A DNA stretch of 64,000 nucleotides from an uncultured Phycisphaerales bacterium (GTDB taxonomy: Bacteria > Planctomycetota > Phycisphaerae > Sedimentisphaerales > Anaerobacaceae): NCBI GenBank assembly GCA_963718665.1, contig OY970359.1, forward strand, positions 1,984,001 through 2,048,000. The letters are read 5' to 3'. The first letter of the stretch is position 1. Each line of letters opens with the position of its first letter. This document shows positions 49,287 to 56,140 of this stretch, piece after piece. The position numbers were made by a program, and so were the translations under genes. Under the pieces are notes generated by a model, which was not told the DNA's origin, did not search any database, and saw only the letters and a program-made list of their open reading frames with translations.

Positions 49287-50639
49287 TTAGTCAATAATGG
49301 TATATGCTGCTTCACGGTGTTGCGTTAAGTCCAGACCGACCCGTTCTTCGTGTTCGGTTACACGCAATTTCATTACGATATCCACAGCTTTAAGCAGCAC
49401 TATTCCAACAACAAAAGAATAAACTGCTGTAACAAGCACGGCTTTGACTTGTATCAGGAATTGAGCGGGATTCCCGTAGAGCAAACCGTCGGCCCCGGCG
49501 GGATTTACCGTTTTTGTGGCAAAGATGCCGGTTGCTATTGCTCCCCACATACCGCCTACGCCGTGGACGCCGAAGGCATCGAGCGTATCGTCATAGCCAA
49601 GCAGGTTTTTGAAATACGTCACGGCAAACCATGGAATTACCCCGGCGCCTATACCAATCCATATTGCGCCCATCGGATTGACGAATCCGGAAGCGGGAGT
49701 TATTGCTACAAGGCCGGCCACTGCGCCGGTAATCAGACCAAGCGTCGTGGGCTTTTTGTGTTTAAACCAGTCAAGAATTGCCCAGGACACGCCTGCTGCC
49801 GCGGTGGCAACATGGGTCGCGGTAAATGCGCTGACTGCCAGACCACCAGCTCCCAATGCGCTGCCGGCATTGAAGCCGAACCAGCCAAACCACAGTAACG
49901 CCGCTCCCAGCACTGCAAAGGGCAGATTATGAGGAGGAGATATTCCATTTGGATATCCTTGACGTCGGCCAAGAACAAGTGCCGCCGCAAGAGCGGTCAT
50001 ACCCGCGTTGATATGCACCACGGTTCCGCCGGCAAAATCAAGCGCGCCCCAGTTTCTTATGAATCCGCCAACTCCCCATACCCAGTGTGCAACGGGGTCA
50101 TATACGATTGTCGCCCATAACAGCATAAAAACACACAACGCCGAGAATTTCATCCGTTCCGCGAACGCGCCGACAATCAAAGCCGGCGTTATCACGGCGA
50201 ACATCATTTGGAACATCATAAATAGTTGGTGCGGAATTGTCGGTGCGTAATCGGCGTTTGGAGCAAGCCCCACGTTCTTCAGGAAAGACCAGTCAAGCCC
50301 GCCTATAAGTGAACGGTGGTCGGGGCCAAAAGACAAGCTGTAACCGAAGAGCACCCATTGCAAACTAATCAGGCACAGTATCATCAGGCATTGCATCAGT
50401 ACGGAGAGCATATTTTTACGTCGGACCAGCCCGCCGTAGAAAAACGCTAGGCCCGGTGTCATAAGCATTACAAGTGCAGTGCTTATAAGCACCCACGAGG
50501 TGTCTCCCGTGTCAATTTTCGGCACCGGAGCCGCAACTGCCGCGGTTAGCGTCGCGCTCGACGCGGGCGCTGCAGTATCACAAAATGCAGTTCCCGCACT
50601 CAGCAAGATGAGTATTGTTGATATAAGTATTCTTTTCAC
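49287..50639 (-). CDS. amtB: Ammonium transporter (copy 2)
   Basis: Same Amt motifs including both conserved His; GTG start with AAGGAG RBS. Confidence 0.96.
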   Translation of the reverse strand: MKRILISTILILLSAGTAFCDTAAPASSATLTAAVAAPVPKIDTGDTSWVLISTALVMLMTPGLAFFYGGLVRRKNMLSVLMQCLMILCLISLQWVLFGYSLSFGPDHRSLIGGLDWSFLKNVGLAPNADYAPTIPHQLFMMFQMMFAVITPALIVGAFAERMKFSALCVFMLLWATIVYDPVAHWVWGVGGFIRNWGALDFAGGTVVHINAGMTALAAALVLGRRQGYPNGISPPHNLPFAVLGAALLWFGWFGFNAGSALGAGGLAVSAFTATHVATAAAGVSWAILDWFKHKKPTTLGLITGAVAGLVAITPASGFVNPMGAIWIGIGAGVIPWFAVTYFKNLLGYDDTLDAFGVHGVGGMWGAIATGIFATKTVNPAGADGLLYGNPAQFLIQVKAVLVTAVYSFVVGIVLLKAVDIVMKLRVTEHEERVGLDLTQHREAAYTIID

Positions 50640-50683
50640 GGCTTTTTACTCCTTGTAAAAATTGATAATTAGTTGTCCACCAA

Positions 50684-50730
50684 TACGGCTGTCTATAGTA
50701 TTCTTAATTACGGCTGTCTATAGTATTCTT
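50684..50730. repeat. Exact 22-bp direct repeat (25-bp period) in the amtB2 leader
   Basis: tacggctgtctatagtattctt at 50684 and 50709. Confidence 0.9.
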
Positions 50731-50731
50731 C

Positions 50732-50747
50732 GCAAACCTTGTGCCAG
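50732..50747 (-). promoter_or_regulatory. Sigma54 -24/-12 promoter of amtB2-glnK
   Basis: CTGGCACAAGGTTTGC on minus (full TGGCAC-N5-TTGC). Confidence 0.9.
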
Positions 50748-50835
50748 AATGCCTTTTTGGTGGCCGTTTTTACATAAGGCCTTGTAAAAGCCGCGGTTAC
50801 GCTTGCTGAAAGTATTAAATTGCCAAAGAGCACAG

Positions 50836-50879
50836 TTACATTTTTGTATATCTAACTTGATATTTTTACATTTATGTCA
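50836..50879. promoter_or_regulatory. Paired upstream activator sites TACA-N4-TGT, 30 bp apart
   Basis: ttacatttttgtat (50836) and ttacatttatgtca (50866). Confidence 0.75.
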
Positions 50880-50896
50880 TTTTAGGCGTTAAAAGT

Positions 50897-50928
50897 ATGG
50901 GCTCCGCCAGCCGTGGAACGAAGCCCAT
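50897..50928 (-). terminator. 3' hairpin after PII copy 3 with CGGC apical loop
   Basis: Minus strand ATGGGCTTCG-TT-CCA-CGGC-TGG-CGGAGCCCAT followed by ACTTTT. Confidence 0.6.
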
Positions 50929-50958
50929 TTATACCAGGACGGTCCTTATGGGGTCCTG

Positions 50959-51300
50959 TTATTTTATCGCGGAGTCGCCGCGTTCTCCCGTGCGAATTCT
51001 TACGGCATCATCAACGGGCGAGATAAATATCTTGCCATCGCCTGGCTTGCCGGTAAAAGCCGTGTCTTGTATGGCCTTGACAATTTTCTCGGTATCGCTG
51101 TCTTTGACCACCACTTCGATTCTTGCCTTGGTCATCAGCCCGACTTTATAAGTTTTACCACGGACTTCCTGTTGGAGGCCTTTTTGTTTACCGTGCCCTT
51201 CGATTTCAGTAATCATAAGGCCCGGATATTCAACTTTTTCCAGAACGGCACATATTTCAGCGACCTTGGCGGGTCGAACTATAGCTTCAATTCTCTTCAT
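50959..51300 (-). CDS. P-II nitrogen regulator (divergent copy 3)
   Basis: MKRIEAIVRP, GHGKQKG..VRGKTY, TGKPGDGKIFI, VRIRTGE. Confidence 0.92.
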   Translation of the reverse strand: MKRIEAIVRPAKVAEICAVLEKVEYPGLMITEIEGHGKQKGLQQEVRGKTYKVGLMTKARIEVVVKDSDTEKIVKAIQDTAFTGKPGDGKIFISPVDDAVRIRTGERGDSAIK

Positions 51301-51366
51301 TTTTATGTTCCTTTCTTAACGGCTCTATACAAAAACCTTCAATATTCAGAGCGGTATCAATCTTTG

Positions 51367-53307
51367 CTAAATCGCAGACACGCCTTTTTCTCCGGTTCGA
51401 ATTCGCATTGCTTCCGACGCGTCCATCACAAAGATTTTTCCATCGCCGGCTTCGCCGGTGTATAAAACTTCTCTTATTATTTTCATTACGTACGGCACAT
51501 CCCACTTTTTGACTAATATATCGACCCGGTCTTTCGGAACAAAATACGTCATATTTATGTCGGAGTTCTCATCATCCACATCTATATGACCTCTTTGTCT
51601 GCCGAAACCTTTGACTTTAGTTACCGTCATTCCCATAAGAAGCTCTTCGTCTTTAAGGACCTCGGCGAGGATGTTAAGCCGTTCAGGACGGATGACGACC
51701 GATATCATCTTCAAGTCGTAGGTTTTGCTCACTGTGCCGACGGCGACGTACAGAAAGCTCGCAATGGCCCAGGCGCCGCACATATAGAAGCAAATCTTTG
51801 CCTCCGTTTTCGAATCGGCGTTGCCGATGGCATACAGGTAAATTATCGCCGCCAGCATAATGAGGTTTGCAATCACCCCGAGGACTGGAATAATCCAGTG
51901 TTTCGGGAGTTTGAAATCGGCTCTCTTTTTGAAAGCGACAATTGTCCATACACAGGTCAAACCATAGAGGACAAAAGTGCCGAAGTTCGAGGCGAGCGTA
52001 ATTCCCGTAAGACCGACTACTGAACGGACCCCTATGGCGGCGATTATGCAGGAAACAATTACCAGCGTCCACAAAGCTGTATGAGGGGTGCCGTGTTTGC
52101 TTATAAAGCTGAGGAATTTCGGTAATTCAAGGTCTTCTCCCATTCCGCAGGTGACGCGGACGGCCGTGTTCATACAGCTTAAAGTCGTGCCGATTACGGC
52201 GATTGCCACGGTTACGGCCATAGTAATCATCAGGCCAAAGCCGAGACCATGAAACAAACTGTTGCCGAGGATTTGCGCGAGGTCCCCGATAGGAGCGCTT
52301 GAGCCGGCGGCGGCAGCCATTCCGGTTACTGCTGCTGTTTGCCCGGCAGCGGTAAACGTTAGCTTTTCATTTATCATATAACCTGCGCCGAAATACTCCA
52401 GCAGATACGCAAACAATCCCTGAATTACCAAGGACAGGATAATGGCCTTTGGAATCGTGGATTTAGGGTTCTTTACCTCAGCGGCCAGGGCGGTGCAGCT
52501 TTCAAAACCGACCAGTATCAAAATAGCGAGGGTCGATTGAATCAGGACGCCGTTAAGCGTATGTGGACGGATGACGTCCCAGGCGCCGCTGAAAGACCAT
52601 GTTGTTGCCGCCTGGGGATTCGAGAAACGGTAATAAATGGCCAGGGCGGTGAAAACAACCAGGGTAACGAGCTGTATGATGTTAATCCAGATTGCGGTTA
52701 TCGTTGAGCCGGTTACGCCGCGATATGCTATGTATCCTGTGGCGAAAGCAAATACCGCGGCAATTATAACCAGCATCTCTACTGACAGCGTATTTCCGCT
52801 GAACGCCGTGTAGAGATAACCAATCAGGTTGGCCATCATAGCCACCATAACGCCTGGATATACCCAGTAGAAAAGGTGGGCGGCCCATCCGGTAACTATT
52901 TTTGACATACGGGCCAGGGAGGTAGGCGTTCCTCTTTTCAGGTTCTGGCTGTCAAGAAATGCCTTCTCCGCGAAATAGGTAACGCTTGCAAAACCCGCTT
53001 CGGGATATATCTTGGCAAGCTCCGAGTAGGAAATAGCGGTAAGAAAGCAAAGGCCTAATGCAACCACTATCCCCGACCAGATATCGCTTGCAACCGAAGC
53101 CCCGCTTGGGGAGGTGGCGGCGGCCTGGAGCTGATATGTAATCCACAGGAACGCCCCCGGGGCAATTAGCGCCATAGCGTTTGCGGTGGCGCCAAACAAG
53201 CCCAGCGTGGCTTTTATTTGGGGTTCGGCTGCTATTTTCCCGACCCCGGCGCTCGCAGTAGCCGCACCAGTTTCAATCCCATTTTCAATCGTTATGCTTG
53301 TAGACAT
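51367..53307 (-). CDS. APC-family amino acid/amine permease fused to a C-terminal P-II domain
   Basis: About 12 TMs with ANAMALIAPG and LVGFESCTALAAEVKNPK..IPKAI; last ~113 aa KMISVVIRPE..GMTVTKVKGFGRQRG..TGEAGDGKIFV..MRIRTGE in the same frame. Confidence 0.88.
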   Translation of the reverse strand: MSTSITIENGIETGAATASAGVGKIAAEPQIKATLGLFGATANAMALIAPGAFLWITYQLQAAATSPSGASVASDIWSGIVVALGLCFLTAISYSELAKIYPEAGFASVTYFAEKAFLDSQNLKRGTPTSLARMSKIVTGWAAHLFYWVYPGVMVAMMANLIGYLYTAFSGNTLSVEMLVIIAAVFAFATGYIAYRGVTGSTITAIWINIIQLVTLVVFTALAIYYRFSNPQAATTWSFSGAWDVIRPHTLNGVLIQSTLAILILVGFESCTALAAEVKNPKSTIPKAIILSLVIQGLFAYLLEYFGAGYMINEKLTFTAAGQTAAVTGMAAAAGSSAPIGDLAQILGNSLFHGLGFGLMITMAVTVAIAVIGTTLSCMNTAVRVTCGMGEDLELPKFLSFISKHGTPHTALWTLVIVSCIIAAIGVRSVVGLTGITLASNFGTFVLYGLTCVWTIVAFKKRADFKLPKHWIIPVLGVIANLIMLAAIIYLYAIGNADSKTEAKICFYMCGAWAIASFLYVAVGTVSKTYDLKMISVVIRPERLNILAEVLKDEELLMGMTVTKVKGFGRQRGHIDVDDENSDINMTYFVPKDRVDILVKKWDVPYVMKIIREVLYTGEAGDGKIFVMDASEAMRIRTGEKGVSAI

Positions 53308-53417
53308 AATTTGTTTCTCCTTTAGTAAACACTACGGATAGTCAATATTCAAAACACATCGACAATTTCCACAAATCGCATTTTTGCCTTTAATAATTCA
53401 ATCGGTTTTATTCCGTT

Positions 53418-54197
53418 TTAAAACGAAGTTGATATTCCTAATCCTGCCCAGAAGTTGTCGCTCTTGTTCGTGGCTTCCCGTATCGAGTTGCCGAGCATTG
53501 TCGAGTAGTTGAGGCTTGGTTTAATCGTCCACGTATAGACATTGAAGGGCAGTCCCGCCGTAAGCGTAAGGTCGTTTGACTGGCCGCTGTTTACGCCGAA
53601 GTAGCCCCTGTCATAAGCCGCGTTGGCCCAGCCATAGCTTGCGCCTAAAAGTAAGCCGCAATAGCAATTCTCGTTCATTACGTAAATCTTATCGAAGGTT
53701 TGCCCGATGCTGTACTGGAAATAACTGCCGTGGATTTCCTGGATGTCGCGAAACCACTTGAACGAAGGCGTCAAAGGTACTTTGGGCAAACTGAAGCCGC
53801 CGTAAATTTCAGTTGTTGGATGAAGCTCAGTGCTCGGGAACTGATAGTAAATTGTGCCAACCGAGCCGCTTAACCAATCAATACCCGGAATCGTATTGGT
53901 GTAATCGAGTGTCAAGTCGTATTCGCTGAACCCCCCGGCGTTGTCGGGGGCGGTCTTGGACCTGTTTGTCATGTCAAGGTTGCCCCAGATTGAGCCGGTA
54001 AAGCCATAGGCACTTGCGGAGATGGTTGGCTGCAGCACGCTGCTGTTGTCAACGTTCTGGCCTCGCCAGATATACTTGCTGAAGTAATCCAAGGAAACCC
54101 CATATGTAACAACCTTGTCGTCGGCTGCCGCTGTTCCCGCCGCAAATGTAATCAACGCGAGCCCCAATACAACACTACCAGTTCTTAACGACTTCAC
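53418..54197 (-). CDS. Outer-membrane beta-barrel, TorF/Gcw_chp-like putative porin
   Basis: Signal peptide, SKYIWRG, QPTI..YGF..IWG, EYDL..DY, TTEIY, C-terminal Phe (GLGISTSF). Confidence 0.75.
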   Translation of the reverse strand: MKSLRTGSVVLGLALITFAAGTAAADDKVVTYGVSLDYFSKYIWRGQNVDNSSVLQPTISASAYGFTGSIWGNLDMTNRSKTAPDNAGGFSEYDLTLDYTNTIPGIDWLSGSVGTIYYQFPSTELHPTTEIYGGFSLPKVPLTPSFKWFRDIQEIHGSYFQYSIGQTFDKIYVMNENCYCGLLLGASYGWANAAYDRGYFGVNSGQSNDLTLTAGLPFNVYTWTIKPSLNYSTMLGNSIREATNKSDNFWAGLGISTSF

Positions 54198-54276
54198 TTT
54201 TTTCTCCTTTCAAAAACCACCTAAAATAATGTTCGTTAGTTTTTCGCACAGTGGGCTTGGGCCGCATATCAGATAA

Positions 54277-54292
54277 GCAATAACTGTGCCAG
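54277..54292 (-). promoter_or_regulatory. Sigma54 -24/-12 promoter of porin-APC/PII-PII
   Basis: CTGGCACAGTTATTGC on minus. Confidence 0.9.
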
Positions 54293-54383
54293 AAACAGGA
54301 AGAGTTGCTTGCGCATTACATAACTCCTTTATTTTGCTGTCGTTACGATTGTTTTGTCGCGGGGTCTATCGTAGGGGTGATTT

Positions 54384-54427
54384 ATACAAAAATGTAAATG
54401 TGCCTAATATCGACTACAAAAATGTAG
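54384..54427. promoter_or_regulatory. Paired upstream activator sites TACA-N4-TGTA, 30 bp apart
   Basis: atacaaaaatgtaa (54384) and ctacaaaaatgtag (54414). Confidence 0.75.
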
Positions 54428-54439
54428 CCAAATGGCGTA

Positions 54440-55969
54440 TCAGGAAAGCAGTTTCGGGTAAATGGCGTACGTCTTTATTTTGTAGCCGAGGATTCGTTCG
54501 GTTAGGCCAAGCTCCTGGGCGGCCTTTCTCTGCTGGCCGCCGGATTTCTTCAGCGCGTCGATGATAAGCTCTCGCTCTTTGTTGGCGATTATCTCGGCCA
54601 AAGAGTGCCCGGCGACTTGCTCGCTCTTTTTTATCATTTGAAGCGAAGGAGGCAGATGCTCCGAGCGTATTACATCTTCATCGCAGAGCAGCACCGCTCT
54701 CTCGATGCAATTTTCCAGCTCCCTGATGTTGCCCGGCCAGTGGTAGCTCGTCAGCATTTCTATTGCAGGTGTTGAAATGCGGGTTATGTTCTTTTTGTTC
54801 TCCGCGGCGTATTTCTCAAGGAAATGGTCCGCCAACTGCATTATATCATCTTTGCGTTCTCTCAAAGGCGGCAGGTAAATCGGGAAAACGTTTACCCGGT
54901 AATACAAGTCCTCGCGGAAGATGCCTTCTTTTATCTGCTGTTCAAGGTTTTTGTTTGTGGCGACGATAATCCGAACGTTTGATTTGATTGTTTCGTTGCC
55001 GCCAAGCCGCTCGAATTCCTTGAATTGAATCACCCGCAATAATTTGATCTGCAGATTGATGGGGAAATCGCCTATTTCATCTAAGAATATAGTACCGCCG
55101 TGCGCCCTTTCGAATCTGCCTGTTTTGAGTTCCGTCGCGCCTGTAAAAGCTCCTTTTTCGTGCCCGAACAATTCGCTTTCGAGCAGTGTTTCTGGCAGGG
55201 CGGTGCAGTTGACCTTGATAAAGGGCTTTTCCGCCCTCGGGCTGTTATAGTGAATGGCGTGGGCCACGAGGTCCTTGCCTGTGCCGCTCTCGCCGCGAAT
55301 CAGAACGGTCGCGTTGCTGTCGGCCACCTGTTCGACGAGCCGGTACACCTGCTGCATTGCGTTGGAGCTTCCTACCATATTTTGAACGTTGAATCGCGTC
55401 TTTAATTCCTGTCGAAGCCGGACGTTTTCGTCGCGGAGCTGTCTTTGTTCGGATTCCACCAGCTTGTTCAGCTTTACCGCCTGGGCAATCATAGTGGAAA
55501 TGATATTGAGCAGCCGGATGTGGCTTTCAAAATCATTATTTTTTTCGGTCTGGCGGTCCACGCTGAGAGCTCCGATGGTTTTGCCTTCGAGCTTGATGGG
55601 AACACAGAAGAACGTTATCGGCCTGCCTTTTGTTGTGTCTCTTGCCCCTGTTTTGTGGACGAAGCGCGGGTCTTTGGATATATCAGGCACGATGATTTCT
55701 TTGCCGGTTTGCACAACTGTTCCGGTTATACCCTCGCCCATCCGGTATATTCCCTTTTTTTTCGACTTTTCGCTCAGGCCGTGGGCTATCTCGATATTTA
55801 TGGTTTCGGTGTCCGGGTTCAGCAGGGTGATTGTCCCGCGTTGCAGCTTCAGGTAAGTGTCCAGCGACTGCAGAATCGAGCGCAGCGTCTGCTTCAGGTC
55901 CAATGATTCCGCAAGCCCCTTTGCTATATCGCTTAAAAGCTGCACTTCCTTGGCTGGATTGGCTTTCAT
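54440..55969 (-). CDS. NifA-like sigma54-dependent activator (GAF-AAA+-HTH)
   Basis: GAF (GEGITG.V..G..P.F..FFCVPI..GALSVD), [33 protein letters not shown]-terminal HTH; no receiver domain. Confidence 0.92.
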   Translation of the reverse strand: MKANPAKEVQLLSDIAKGLAESLDLKQTLRSILQSLDTYLKLQRGTITLLNPDTETINIEIAHGLSEKSKKKGIYRMGEGITGTVVQTGKEIIVPDISKDPRFVHKTGARDTTKGRPITFFCVPIKLEGKTIGALSVDRQTEKNNDFESHIRLLNIISTMIAQAVKLNKLVESEQRQLRDENVRLRQELKTRFNVQNMVGSSNAMQQVYRLVEQVADSNATVLIRGESGTGKDLVAHAIHYNSPRAEKPFIKVNCTALPETLLESELFGHEKGAFTGATELKTGRFERAHGGTIFLDEIGDFPINLQIKLLRVIQFKEFERLGGNETIKSNVRIIVATNKNLEQQIKEGIFREDLYYRVNVFPIYLPPLRERKDDIMQLADHFLEKYAAENKKNITRISTPAIEMLTSYHWPGNIRELENCIERAVLLCDEDVIRSEHLPPSLQMIKKSEQVAGHSLAEIIANKERELIIDALKKSGGQQRKAAQELGLTERILGYKIKTYAIYPKLLS

Positions 55970-56004
55970 TTTTGATTCCTAAACAATAACGGCTGTCGGC
56001 GGAT

Positions 56005-56033
56005 ATGATAACAAGATTGTAGGCAAAATGCAA
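56005..56033 (-). promoter_or_regulatory. Putative sigma70 promoter of the activator, with an ACA-N4-TGT site in its spacer
   Basis: TTGCAT-N17-TATCAT on minus; acaagattgt at 56011-56020. Confidence 0.6.
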
Positions 56034-56073
56034 TAAACAACAATTTCGTATTTTTGACAATCGGCGCCCATAG

Positions 56074-56109
56074 AAAAAGCGACCCCGCCTCGTGAAGAGG
56101 CGGGGTCGC
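56074..56109 (-). terminator. Rho-independent terminator of the surface-protein gene
   Basis: 13-bp perfect stem GCGACCCCGCCTC/GAGGCGGGGTCGC followed by a T-run on minus. Confidence 0.85.
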
Positions 56110-56140
56110 CTGAAAAACTTCTAATCAAGAGTTGTTACAA

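Noticed and set aside
50684..50730. CRISPR array
   Set aside because: Only two 22-bp copies separated by 3 bp; no spacers or cas genes
54440..55969. Calling the activator nifA and inferring nitrogen fixation
   Set aside because: No nif structural genes in the window and no TGT-N10-ACA seen at the three promoters; only the domain architecture is NifA-like
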